The notes below the pieces were generated by a model. It did not search any database. It was not told where the DNA came from and saw only the letters and a list, made by a program, of their open reading frames with translations. Shown here in pieces: positions 27,927 through 37,215 of a stretch of DNA of 43,079 nt. The stretch comes from a virus. Lineage: Duplodnaviria; Caudoviricetes. Location of the stretch: the IMG/VR virus record IMGVR_UViG_3300043443_000068, positions 1 through 43,079 of that record, one strand, 5' to 3'. Made by a program: the position numbers and the translations under genes. Each line of letters starts with the position of its first letter. The stretch's first letter is position 1.

Positions 27927-28049
27927 ATGCTGTACAAAATCCCGAAACGTAAGCCTCGGATGTCTGAGGAAGACAAACTAATAATTGTTTTCGGATGCTT
28001 CCTGATGGTTATGAAGCTTGCCCTTGCTGTTGTCCTTACCGGAGGTTAA
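27927..28049 (+). CDS. 40 aa membrane microprotein
   Basis: MLYKIPKRKPRMSEEDKLIIVFGCFLMVMKLALAVVLTGG. Confidence 0.5.
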   Translation: MLYKIPKRKPRMSEEDKLIIVFGCFLMVMKLALAVVLTGG

Positions 28050-28051
28050 TC

Positions 28052-28129
28052 ATGGCTAAATCTAATGCTGGTGTGTTCTACTGTGTATTGTTTATAATTG
28101 TAACCATCGTCGGTTATCTCATCAAATAA
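28052..28129 (+). CDS. 25 aa TM peptide
   Basis: GGAGG RBS; MAKSNAGVFYCVLFIIVTIVGYLIK. Confidence 0.55.
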   Translation: MAKSNAGVFYCVLFIIVTIVGYLIK

Positions 28130-28138
28130 GGGGCTAAC

Positions 28139-28384
28139 ATGCGCAAAATTGAACAGGCTATGTGTCTCGCAGTGGGTCAAAAGCGTAACTGGAAAGACGG
28201 GAACACTGAGGTTAAATTTGTGGAAGATGAGTTCGGAGAGTATGCCGACGTGTTCCTACACAAAAACCACATCGGAACCTACAATTACATGCACGTTAAA
28301 TTCTTTGTCAATCAGGGTACTCTGGCTCGCTGGCCTACCCGTACCACAAAATCACGCCTGCGTGCATTGGGAGCTAGCGTATGA
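28139..28384 (+). CDS. hypothetical early protein
   Basis: TAAGGGG RBS; VFLHKNHIG...TRTTKSRLRAL. Confidence 0.75.
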   Translation: MRKIEQAMCLAVGQKRNWKDGNTEVKFVEDEFGEYADVFLHKNHIGTYNYMHVKFFVNQGTLARWPTRTTKSRLRALGASV

Positions 28385-28464
28385 AAGACTTCTTCAATAC
28401 GTTACTAGTAATCGGCCTGGTGTTCATTGCACTCGGTGCATTCTTTGATGTACTCTGGAGGTAA
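28381..28464 (+). CDS. 27 aa TM peptide
   Basis: GGAG RBS, ATGA overlap; MKDFFNTLLVIGLVFIALGAFFDVLWR. Confidence 0.55.
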   Translation: MKDFFNTLLVIGLVFIALGAFFDVLWR

Positions 28465-28465
28465 T

Positions 28466-28603
28466 ATGATCAAGTACTACATGGTTAAGTATGCCAACTA
28501 TAAAAAGGTAGGTGGCTTGCACTTCATCCGTATCTACAAATTCGGGTTCAGTTTCTATTGGAGTAAAAAGGTCTGTCATCATGTCCAATCGTCGCTTAAT
28601 TGA
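28466..28603 (+). CDS. 45 aa basic/aromatic microprotein
   Basis: GGAGG RBS; YKKVGGLHFIRIYKFGFSFYW. Confidence 0.55.
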   Translation: MIKYYMVKYANYKKVGGLHFIRIYKFGFSFYWSKKVCHHVQSSLN

Positions 28604-28766
28604 GTTCAAAACTCAGGAAGAGCTTGCAAATTTCATTGAAGAGTTCAACCAAAGATTGAGGGACAAAGGTATGCAACTTGATTTTGAGACTGAAAAATGG
28701 CTGGATAGCGAGTTCCATCGCATCTTTGTGGCATACAATTATGCCGACGTTACATCGGTGCAATGA
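28581..28766 (+). CDS. hypothetical protein (61 aa)
   Basis: AAGG RBS before ATG28581. Confidence 0.6.
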   Translation: MSNRRLIEFKTQEELANFIEEFNQRLRDKGMQLDFETEKWLDSEFHRIFVAYNYADVTSVQ

Positions 28767-28858
28767 TGGTCAACTGGCCCTTCCCCGCAAAGCCCATCCC
28801 GGTAAACCCTCGCAAGCCTGCGCCCGCACGGCCTGATCCTGAGGACGCACCATTCTGA
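28763..28858 (+). CDS. 31 aa Pro-rich peptide ending EDAPF
   Basis: ATGA coupling; MMVNWPFPAKPIPVNPRKPAPARPDPEDAPF. Confidence 0.6.
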   Translation: MMVNWPFPAKPIPVNPRKPAPARPDPEDAPF

Positions 28859-28865
28859 GGAACAT

Positions 28866-30575
28866 ATGACTACCTACCTTGACGTAAAACAATTCGAGAC
28901 TTACGTAGCAGCATGTGCCCGCAATTCTGGTGTGTCGGTGTCGTGGGATACGTCCGACAGTGTGCCTCGCACTGATGGCAAACAGATGTGGCTACCTGCC
29001 ATTACTAGTAGCAGCACCGACGAGTGGCTAGCCCGCATGCGCTACTTTGTAAAGCACGAGACAAGCCACATCGTGCAGAGTGACTTCGACTATCTCAATG
29101 AGCAGGCACCTACCGGTCTACTGGCCCTCCTGAACAATCTAATTGAGGACCACCGCATTGACTACCGTAACGATGCGGAGTATGTGGGTGACAGGAAAAT
29201 TAGTAACGACTTCTGGACAATCCATGCCAAAGACATCACTAGTCGGTTGTCTGGCAAGGACAAAGAACTACAGGAACAACAGTTACTAGTATTGCCTGTG
29301 TTCGCATGGGATGCTGCCAATCGTGATTGGATTTACAGTAGTGCAGAATCCGTAGCGCAGATGCTTCCCTTGCTGGATGCGGAAGGACGCGAGCGTTACA
29401 AAAAGCTGCAAGCCTACACTGACGAGCTACTGGATGTGCGTGAGCACGGCGGTGCTGTAGAAGTTATGGAGCTTGCCAAGAAAATCCTCCGTGACTTGTA
29501 CGACGAAGACCCAGAGAAGTACTTGGACAAAGACAAGAGCAAAGGTAAAGGCAAGGGTGAGGGTGAGGGAGATGCTGACGACGGCAAGGGTGAGACGGTG
29601 TGTGATGACGTAGACCGACTCATTGAAGTTGACAAGCTGGTGGCATCTATGGGTCACGAGCACAAGCCTAGCCGTACTGGTATCCATCTTAAGCATGTAG
29701 AAAAGGGTAGTGGTGTCTATGCAATTCCTACCCCTGATGAGTACTACATCCTAGGGTTTGACAAGCCTGTGCCTGCGGTTATGCGTGAAGCTATTTCCAC
29801 ACATCCGTACTTCAATAGTGGGGAAGTACAAAGCTACATTACTAATAACGCTAAGCCGCTGTCCAACAAGCTACGCATCAAGCTTCAGACACGCAGCCGT
29901 GACCGGTATGAGTACGGTAAGAAGCGTGGTAAGCTGCACAATGGTAGTCTACATCGTGTGTTGCAGAAAGATAGCCCGATGGCAGAACGTGTGTTCCGTC
30001 AGCGTGTTACTAGTGACACACTTGACACTGCGGTATGCTTGCTGGTTGACTGTAGCGGTAGCATGTCAGGTAGCAAGTTTGAGATGGCATGTGCTGGTGC
30101 TGGCGCACTAGCTGAGGCACTCAAGCCCCTGAATATCTCCTACAGTGTTTACGGGTTTACTAACCTTGCATTTGACAGACTGGATAATCCTGTGGTATGG
30201 TTGTTCTCTGAGTTTGGAGAACGTGTGTCGCAGCCTGATCTAGTCAAGCGATTCAAGGTAGCATCCGGTGCGCTGTGGGACAATAGCGACGGTGATGCCA
30301 TTGCCTACGCATCCTATCGTCTGAGCCAACGCAAGGAACATCGCAAGGTACTCATTGTGCTGTCAGATGGTAGTCCTGCGGGTCGTGAGCGTGCTGGTGA
30401 TGTCACTGGCTACACGCACAAAGCTGTCCTAGATGCTGAGAATATGGGGATTGACACCTATGGTATTGGTATTCGTGATAATAATGTGCGTAATTTTTAT
30501 AAAAAGCACGTAGTTGTAGATCAACTAGACAAGCTTTCTCCTACCATTCTTTCAATTGTAGATCGGAGTATTTAA
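28866..30575 (+). CDS. CobT-like VWA-domain protein
   Basis: N-terminal HETSH; MIDAS DCSGSMSG; VLSDGSP. Confidence 0.85.
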   Translation: MTTYLDVKQFETYVAACARNSGVSVSWDTSDSVPRTDGKQMWLPAITSSSTDEWLARMRYFVKHETSHIVQSDFDYLNEQAPTGLLALLNNLIEDHRIDYRNDAEYVGDRKISNDFWTIHAKDITSRLSGKDKELQEQQLLVLPVFAWDAANRDWIYSSAESVAQMLPLLDAEGRERYKKLQAYTDELLDVREHGGAVEVMELAKKILRDLYDEDPEKYLDKDKSKGKGKGEGEGDADDGKGETVCDDVDRLIEVDKLVASMGHEHKPSRTGIHLKHVEKGSGVYAIPTPDEYYILGFDKPVPAVMREAISTHPYFNSGEVQSYITNNAKPLSNKLRIKLQTRSRDRYEYGKKRGKLHNGSLHRVLQKDSPMAERVFRQRVTSDTLDTAVCLLVDCSGSMSGSKFEMACAGAGALAEALKPLNISYSVYGFTNLAFDRLDNPVVWLFSEFGERVSQPDLVKRFKVASGALWDNSDGDAIAYASYRLSQRKEHRKVLIVLSDGSPAGRERAGDVTGYTHKAVLDAENMGIDTYGIGIRDNNVRNFYKKHVVVDQLDKLSPTILSIVDRSI

Positions 30576-30576
30576 C

Positions 30577-31620
30577 ATGAGCAGCCCTGACCTGAACGAC
30601 CGCGTAGCTAAAGCCATTGCAGAACACCTCGGCAAGGCACCAAAGACCGCAGCCCCCAAAGAACCCAAGCCTGCAGCTAAGGAACCTGTGGGTCTGAAGC
30701 CCGGTCAAGTTTGGTTCTCATCTGTGTTCGACTATCGTCCCAAGTTTGGCGACTTCGGAATCACTGCACCTGAGCCTGTCGTTAACCCAGAGGTTGCACG
30801 CCTGATCCCTTCTATTGATCCTGACTATGTTGTGCAGCGTGATGAAGCTGCATTACTAGTAGCGGGTATCGAGGATGGTGACAAGTCCCTGATCACTGGC
30901 CCTACTGGTAGCGGTAAGTCATCTCTGGTTAAGTATGTGTGTGCTAAGCTTAACCGCCCATTCATTCGCATTAACATGTCGGGTGACGTAGAGAGTGCAT
31001 CTCTGTTCGGTACGCTAGTTGTGCGTGGTGGTGCTACCGAGTGGGAAGATGGTGCCATCACTGAAGCAGCTAAGTACGGTGCTGTGTGTCTAGTTGACGA
31101 GTGGGAGCTTATGCCCGCAGAGATTGCCATGGGTATGCAGAACCTGTTGGAAGACGGTGGCTATCTCTATCTCAAGGAGAAGCCCGGTACTAGTGATGAT
31201 CGTACGATTGTCCCGCACAAGGACTTCCGTCTGGTGTTTGCTGGTAACACTGTGGGCCAGGGTGACACGACGGGTGCGTTCTCTGGTGTCGGTATCCAGA
31301 ACAGCGCAACTATCGACCGCTTCACCAACACTGTGCGTCTGGGCTACCTTAGCCAACAGCACGAGATTGACATCATTACTAGTAAGACCGACGTTGACAA
31401 AGACGTAGCTACTAAGATGGTGCGGTTTGCACACCTTGTGCGACAGGCATACGACAGTGGTAAGATTGGCCTCACTGTGTCACCACGTACCCTGATCAAT
31501 TGGGGTCGCAAGATGACTCGCTACGAGGCACAGTATGCCCTGCAAGTTAGCTTCCTTGAGAAGCTGACTCCTGACGACAGCAAGAGTGTGTCGGAGTTGT
31601 ACGTCAAAGTGTTTGGCTAA
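30577..31620 (+). CDS. CobS/MoxR-like AAA+ ATPase
   Basis: GPTGSGKS, CLVDE, FRLVFAGN, DRF, SPRTL. Confidence 0.9.
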   Translation: MSSPDLNDRVAKAIAEHLGKAPKTAAPKEPKPAAKEPVGLKPGQVWFSSVFDYRPKFGDFGITAPEPVVNPEVARLIPSIDPDYVVQRDEAALLVAGIEDGDKSLITGPTGSGKSSLVKYVCAKLNRPFIRINMSGDVESASLFGTLVVRGGATEWEDGAITEAAKYGAVCLVDEWELMPAEIAMGMQNLLEDGGYLYLKEKPGTSDDRTIVPHKDFRLVFAGNTVGQGDTTGAFSGVGIQNSATIDRFTNTVRLGYLSQQHEIDIITSKTDVDKDVATKMVRFAHLVRQAYDSGKIGLTVSPRTLINWGRKMTRYEAQYALQVSFLEKLTPDDSKSVSELYVKVFG

Positions 31621-31922
31621 TGTGCCACCAACACATCAGCGCGTTTGTATATGACAAGAGGGGGCGATTGCTTTCCTCTGGTCAGAACAGCTACGTGAAG
31701 ACACACCCGCTACAAGCACGTATTGCTGCGGAGGTAGGGGAACCCCACAAGGTTTTCCTGCATGCAGAGGTTGCAGCACTGGTTAAATGTGATTGGAACA
31801 AGGCACACCGAATACTAGTAACGCGCTATAACAAACAAGGCAAGCCCTTGCTGGCAAAGCCGTGCAAGGTCTGTCATCAAATTATTCGCATGACTAACAT
31901 CAAGATTGTGGAGCACACATGA
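31620..31922 (+). CDS. stand-alone Zn-dependent deaminase (CDA/TadA superfamily)
   Basis: LHAE and KPCKVC motifs; TAATG-coupled to the ATPase. Confidence 0.85.
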   Translation: MCHQHISAFVYDKRGRLLSSGQNSYVKTHPLQARIAAEVGEPHKVFLHAEVAALVKCDWNKAHRILVTRYNKQGKPLLAKPCKVCHQIIRMTNIKIVEHT

Positions 31923-32248
31923 ATACAAAAGAAATTTTAGAACAACTTGCTACTCTACAGAAACAAGTGGAAGCACTTGACAATGGTGAGATTGTAGAGG
32001 AAGATGGGTTCGTAGAGCGCATCATGTCTAGCGGTGAAAACACCTACGTCCTGAAAGCCAATGCTGGATATACTAAGGACGTTGACGTATTGTGCAGCAT
32101 TGAAGACACTGGTAATGGGTACATTGCTAACTTCCCGTCCTATTCATCCTGTGAACAGGAGAACTATATTTGTATGGATTATGCAGAGGCAGATTATCTA
32201 CGCAAATTGTTGACCTATTTGTTCAAAAAGCAACACACGGAGATTTAA
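31919..32248 (+). CDS. hypothetical protein
   Basis: GGAG RBS, ATGA overlap. Confidence 0.7.
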   Translation: MNTKEILEQLATLQKQVEALDNGEIVEEDGFVERIMSSGENTYVLKANAGYTKDVDVLCSIEDTGNGYIANFPSYSSCEQENYICMDYAEADYLRKLLTYLFKKQHTEI

Positions 32249-32251
32249 AAC

Positions 32252-32827
32252 ATGAGCATCGAAGTGATGAAGCAGGCGCTTGAGGCGCTGGAGAAGTCGG
32301 TTTCGACCTGTTTCGACAGGTATTCCCACGAGCAGGTGCTGAGCCGCCCAGAGCATTTTATCAATCAGACCATTACCGCCCTGCGCCTCGCCATTGAGCA
32401 GGCCGAGCGAGTTAAACGCGCAGAGGAAGCCTTTGCTGCAGCCAGCGATGAGATGAAAGGCGAGCAGGCCGAGCGGCAGGAGCTAGTGTGTGAATACTGC
32501 GGAGGCGACCGATTTATCGCCCCGCCCCAGCAACCCGAAGCCCTGCGGCTGGCTGATGAGATTGGCGAGGACTACTGCCGCTGCCTGCCTGCATACAAGG
32601 ATAGAGGCCGAACTGATCCGCAGTGCGAGTCCTGCAACACGGAAGACTGGCGACACGAGGCCGCCGCCGAACTGCGCCGCCTGCACAGCGTGAACGAGAA
32701 ACTGCTGGAGGCGCTGCACAGCATTAGCCTTGCATCCCAAGACTCAGGCAGCACCCGAGAAGGTATGGGCTTATACGCCCGCGCCGCAATCGCCGCCGCC
32801 ATCCGCGCAAGAAAGGAACTAAAATGA
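32252..32827 (+). CDS. hypothetical protein, GC-rich insert
   Basis: MSIEVMKQALEALE...AAAELRRLH...AAAIRAR; visibly higher GC. Confidence 0.7.
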   Translation: MSIEVMKQALEALEKSVSTCFDRYSHEQVLSRPEHFINQTITALRLAIEQAERVKRAEEAFAAASDEMKGEQAERQELVCEYCGGDRFIAPPQQPEALRLADEIGEDYCRCLPAYKDRGRTDPQCESCNTEDWRHEAAAELRRLHSVNEKLLEALHSISLASQDSGSTREGMGLYARAAIAAAIRARKELK

Positions 32828-32994
32828 ACGAACGTTTAGCACAAGAAGTTTTTGATATGTTAGAAGATGCACTGTGTGATCAAGATTGGGATTACGTAGT
32901 GGAAGCTAGAGAAACCTTGAGTAACTATCTGAGTAGGTGTGATGCACTTACACAGCTAGTGCAAGAGGGGCAAAGGTTAGGCGGTTACGACTGA
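32824..32994 (+). CDS. 56 aa hypothetical protein
   Basis: AAGGA RBS, ATGA overlap; absent from ORF track. Confidence 0.55.
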   Translation: MNERLAQEVFDMLEDALCDQDWDYVVEARETLSNYLSRCDALTQLVQEGQRLGGYD

Positions 32995-33002
32995 GGAACA
33001 AC

Positions 33003-33836
33003 ATGACTACACTGTACGGACGCGAAGCTTTAGATGTGTTACTAGTAAGCACTCCCGACTTTGAACGCATTCTTGACGGTAAGCAGGAGAAATACAACCA
33101 CGTCGATTGTCCTGCCGGTGATGACACTAAGCAGCGTCTGTACGTTAAGCATGTTGATGGTGCCATCCTATTCCACTGCCACCACTGCGACACCAGTGGA
33201 TACTATCGCCCACGTGAGAGGTACTCTTCAATCGCTGACGCAGAGAACCGCATACCCCACACTGACGATGCCCGCGCTGCTCGTGCGTATGAAACGATAG
33301 GGGAGGAAGACTACAACAAGTTCCGTATTGAGGGGCAGCTTTGGCTTGGTCAGTATGGGTTTGACGCACAGATGTGCTGTGACTATGGCATCAAAGAGTT
33401 TGACAATGGGCTTGTATTACCTGTTTATTTCAGGGACATTCTTGGCCTTACAGGAGTTGATGGTTATCAAGTTAGACGCTATAATGGTGTTCCTAAGTAT
33501 TCCACGTACACACAAAGAACATACAGCTATCTCTACGCTGGCCCATCAATGAGGCCGCTAGTCATCACGGAGGACTTGCTAAGCAGCTACAAAATGCATG
33601 CTGCAGGATTCTCTACGCTATGCCTTCTGGGTACTTCAATGCCACCAGAGGTTTGTTCGTGGATTGCGAGAGACTATCCTAGGCAAGTGTTATGGCTAGA
33701 CGACGACAAAGGTGGGCACCATGGGGCACTTAAAATTATCAAGGAGTTCAGTGTGCTCATGCCAGAACTAACCGCCATCTTTCATAAACAACCAAAAGAA
33801 ATTGACATGGATGAGTTAAAACAATTGGAGCTTTAA
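33003..33836 (+). CDS. DNA primase (Zn finger + TOPRIM)
   Basis: HVDC...CHHC; VITED; LLGT; WLDDD. Confidence 0.85.
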   Translation: MTTLYGREALDVLLVSTPDFERILDGKQEKYNHVDCPAGDDTKQRLYVKHVDGAILFHCHHCDTSGYYRPRERYSSIADAENRIPHTDDARAARAYETIGEEDYNKFRIEGQLWLGQYGFDAQMCCDYGIKEFDNGLVLPVYFRDILGLTGVDGYQVRRYNGVPKYSTYTQRTYSYLYAGPSMRPLVITEDLLSSYKMHAAGFSTLCLLGTSMPPEVCSWIARDYPRQVLWLDDDKGGHHGALKIIKEFSVLMPELTAIFHKQPKEIDMDELKQLEL

Positions 33837-35098
33837 TGAGTTACGACATTGATTTGCTAGCAGTTACTAGTAACAAGACAACATACGAGAGGTTCAAAGA
33901 TCATGTAAAGAAACACAACGTATCCTCCATCACACTAGAGTTGTTCAACGCTATGGGTGAGTATTGGGAGAGCTACCCACTGCGCACAGACGTGGATGTC
34001 GCAGAGTTCAAGACATTCTTCTTCATTGTCAAGGGCAAGAAGATCAAAGATCCTTCTAAGTATGAATTAGCATTCGACAACTACGAGAAGGCACTGGAGC
34101 TAGAGAAACCGATTGTCAAGGACATTCTAGCCAAGCTGATTGAAACCGATTACGCTACACAGGTGTACGATGTGTGTGTTAAGATCGGTACAGGTCGTGG
34201 TGGTGATCTGCTCTCTGTAGAAGAGATGCTCAACAACTACAAGAAAGAAATTGGTGCCACCATAGAGAAGAGTGAGGTGTTCGTTAGCCCTAGCCTAGAC
34301 TACCTGTCTAGCACAGTGGCTAGTGGAGGTCTTACATGGCGATTGAAAGAGCTTAACGTAGCGTTAGGTCCGATTCGTAAGGGCGACTTCATCATCATTG
34401 CTGCACGGCCTGAGACAGGTAAGACAACGTTTGTTGCTAGCGAAGCTAGTCATATGATGTCGCAGCTACAGCCTGACGAGCATGTGATTTGGATCAACAA
34501 CGAGGAAGCCAGTAACAAGGTAATGATGCGTGTAATTCAGGCAGCATATCAAGTTACTAGTAGCGAACTGCTCAGCGATCCCAAGATGTACGAGCTAGGA
34601 TTCCTAGCACAGGGCGGTGATAGGTTTCTGATTCTTGATGACGACAGCAACATCAAGTCAGCTAACAAAATCTCTGCACTGTTCAAGGAGTTCAAGCCCG
34701 GACTCATCATCTTTGATCAGCTAGACAAGGTGCACGGGTTCCAGAATGACAGGGAAGACCTGCGCATCGGTAAGCTGTACGAGTGGGCACGAGACGTAGC
34801 TAAGGAATATTGCCCGGTCATTGCTGTCAGTCAGGTTGACGGCACTGGTGAGGGTGAGAAGTGGATTCAGATGAATCAGCTACGAGGTAGTAAGACAGAT
34901 AAGGTTGGTGAGGCAGATGCCATCATCACAATTGGTAAGAGTAACGAGCCGGGGATGGACTTACAGCGGTACATTCATGTGCCTAAGAACAAACTGTTCG
35001 GAGGCAAGGATACGCTAGAAGCACATCGTCACGGGTGTTTTGAAGTTGATATTGAACCAGCGAGGGCACGATATGTCAGCAAGTGGAAAGTCCGTTAA
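33836..35098 (+). CDS. DnaB-like replicative helicase
   Basis: ARPETGKT, NEE, IIFDQL, VSQ, GEAD, KNK. Confidence 0.9.
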   Translation: MSYDIDLLAVTSNKTTYERFKDHVKKHNVSSITLELFNAMGEYWESYPLRTDVDVAEFKTFFFIVKGKKIKDPSKYELAFDNYEKALELEKPIVKDILAKLIETDYATQVYDVCVKIGTGRGGDLLSVEEMLNNYKKEIGATIEKSEVFVSPSLDYLSSTVASGGLTWRLKELNVALGPIRKGDFIIIAARPETGKTTFVASEASHMMSQLQPDEHVIWINNEEASNKVMMRVIQAAYQVTSSELLSDPKMYELGFLAQGGDRFLILDDDSNIKSANKISALFKEFKPGLIIFDQLDKVHGFQNDREDLRIGKLYEWARDVAKEYCPVIAVSQVDGTGEGEKWIQMNQLRGSKTDKVGEADAIITIGKSNEPGMDLQRYIHVPKNKLFGGKDTLEAHRHGCFEVDIEPARARYVSKWKVR

Positions 35099-35321
35099 GA
35101 ACGGCGATGTCTACATGGATGATGACGGGTATATGCGAGTTCTACTATCTAATACGTCGGATGTGTGGTTTACATATTTGGTACCAACAGAAAGCAAGTT
35201 TGCGTGGGTAAGTGAGCCTAGAGCAAAGGCATTCATTCCTGACGAAAGCAAGTACGTGATGAACATAAAGGACATGCTAGTCAGTGTGCGAGAGGAGTTG
35301 CTGAGTGAACCTAGTAATTGA
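35073..35321 (+). CDS. hypothetical protein
   Basis: Bridges helicase and polymerase genes. Confidence 0.55.
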   Translation: MSASGKSVKNGDVYMDDDGYMRVLLSNTSDVWFTYLVPTESKFAWVSEPRAKAFIPDESKYVMNIKDMLVSVREELLSEPSN

Positions 35322-37215
35322 CCTAGAGACAACCATGCGGTGCCCTGTTGGAAACAACGCGGCTAATCCTATGTGGCCCGCCAATAAGGCAGTGGCATAC
35401 GGAGCTATGTGGTTAGACACAGAGTTAGAAACCTATGCACATGCTTATGCAAAAGAGGGTTTAGATCTAGACGTACTGCGAGAAGCGTGTGATAGGGCTA
35501 GCATTGTGGTGGGTCACAACGTCAAGTTCGACTTGCTGTACGTCTACCGCAATACTAGTGACAAGCTTCCCCGTATCTGGGATACGCAGCTAGCCGCCTA
35601 CATTCTCAGTGCACAACAGCATCTGTACGCTAGCCTAGACGACTTGACGCTACAGTATATTGGGGCACATGCACTGAAGGATGACAAGATCAAAGCCTAC
35701 TGGAAAGCTGGTGTACGCACTGAAGACATTCCAAAGGGTGAGCTACTGTCCTACCTAGAAGGTGATGTACGTAACACTACAGCCATTTTCAAAGAGCAGT
35801 GGGACGAGTGTGAGAAGCTAGACTTGCTACCTCTGATGCTCACACAGATGGATGCACTACGTGCCACCATTGAGATGAATCGTAACGGTATGCGGGTTGA
35901 CTGGCACTACGTAGATCTACAGCGCAAGGCATACAGTCAGGTGCTGAAGGCAGCTAGGGAAGATGCAGAGGAACTAGCGCCCGGTGTAGACACTGCTAGT
36001 CCTAAACAACTGTCCCTCTACTTCTTTGGTGGAGAGGAAAAATATAAGGAGAAAGAACAAGATGGCTTTTATAAGAACGGTAATCCACGCTTTAAAACTG
36101 TGGAAAAGATTCGTAAGATCGAAGGTAAATACCCACCTCCGGGGGAGCTAGGTAAGGGTGGCTATTACAGCACTGACGATAGTGTGCTGCGCGAACTAGC
36201 ATACAATCGTGCTGACCGTCTTGCCGAAACATTACTAATAATCCGTGAGTCTAGCAAGATCAAGGAGACATACTACGACGGCCTGAATAGTCTGCGGTTT
36301 CTAGATGACAACATCTATCCTAATCTCAATCACTGTTCAACCAAGACAGGACGGCTATCCTCCACTAACCCCAACCTACAGAACCAGACAGACGCAGGTG
36401 ACGTGAAGCGTTCCTACGTTAGTCGCTACGGAGACAATGGTCGCATCCTAGAGCTAGACTATTCGCAGCTAGAGATGGTTGCACTGGCCTACCTAGCAGA
36501 TGACAAGCAACTTATCGACGACATCAACAATGGGCGAGACATGCACCGAGAGCTGTACAAAGGCATGTATGGTGTGTATCCCACTGACAAAGAGCGCAAG
36601 CCATTCAAGCGGTTTAGCTTTCTGCTGGTGTATGGTGGTGGAGTTGCTACGTTGATGGCACAGAGTGGTTGCGACAAAGCCACTGCAAAGAAGTTCATCA
36701 ACACGTTCTACACACGCTACAAAGGAGTGAAGGAGTACCATGAGCGAATCGTAAAGGAAGCTGAAGCTAAGGCAGTGGTTAGCTACTTAGCCGACAAGAC
36801 TGGCCCCGAATATCACTACTACCATGCTAGTCCCACTGGTAGGCACTACATCTTCAAGAAGTATCCTAACGAATACAAGGGTGGGCTATCGTTCAGTCCT
36901 ACCGAGTTGAAGAACTGGCCCATTCAAGGCTTTGCCACTGGCGACGTTGTACCTATGATGGTGGGTCTACTTCTCAACAACCTAGAGAAGGAAGGCTTGC
37001 ATGAGGAAGCGAAACTAGTAATGACTGTGCACGACAGCGTAGTGCTTGACGTACCAGAAAAACTACTATACAATGTAGCTTCAGTTGCAAAAGATACTTT
37101 AGAGGCTGCTCCGTCATATCTAAAGGCTATCTTCAATATTGACTTCCCATGCAAACTAAGCGTAGGCGTGGAAGCAGGAATTAACTGGCAAGACAAAGAG
37201 GAAATTAAACTATGA
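35305..37215 (+). CDS. polA: family A DNA polymerase with 3'-5' exonuclease domain
   Basis: DLET, GHNVKFD, TGRLSS.NPNLQN, DYSQLE, RxxxKxxxFxxxYG, NWPIQG, VHDS. Confidence 0.95.
   Translation: MNLVIDLETTMRCPVGNNAANPMWPANKAVAYGAMWLDTELETYAHAYAKEGLDLDVLREACDRASIVVGHNVKFDLLYVYRNTSDKLPRIWDTQLAAYILSAQQHLYASLDDLTLQYIGAHALKDDKIKAYWKAGVRTEDIPKGELLSYLEGDVRNTTAIFKEQWDECEKLDLLPLMLTQMDALRATIEMNRNGMRVDWHYVDLQRKAYSQVLKAAREDAEELAPGVDTASPKQLSLYFFGGEEKYKEKEQDGFYKNGNPRFKTVEKIRKIEGKYPPPGELGKGGYYSTDDSVLRELAYNRADRLAETLLIIRESSKIKETYYDGLNSLRFLDDNIYPNLNHCSTKTGRLSSTNPNLQNQTDAGDVKRSYVSRYGDNGRILELDYSQLEMVALAYLADDKQLIDDINNGRDMHRELYKGMYGVYPTDKERKPFKRFSFLLVYGGGVATLMAQSGCDKATAKKFINTFYTRYKGVKEYHERIVKEAEAKAVVSYLADKTGPEYHYYHASPTGRHYIFKKYPNEYKGGLSFSPTELKNWPIQGFATGDVVPMMVGLLLNNLEKEGLHEEAKLVMTVHDSVVLDVPEKLLYNVASVAKDTLEAAPSYLKAIFNIDFPCKLSVGVEAGINWQDKEEIKL

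Noticed and set aside
28866-31620. Cobalamin biosynthesis auxiliary genes (cobT/cobS) supporting NrdJ
   Set aside because: No cobN or other cob genes are present; a generic MoxR/VWA pair explains the motifs
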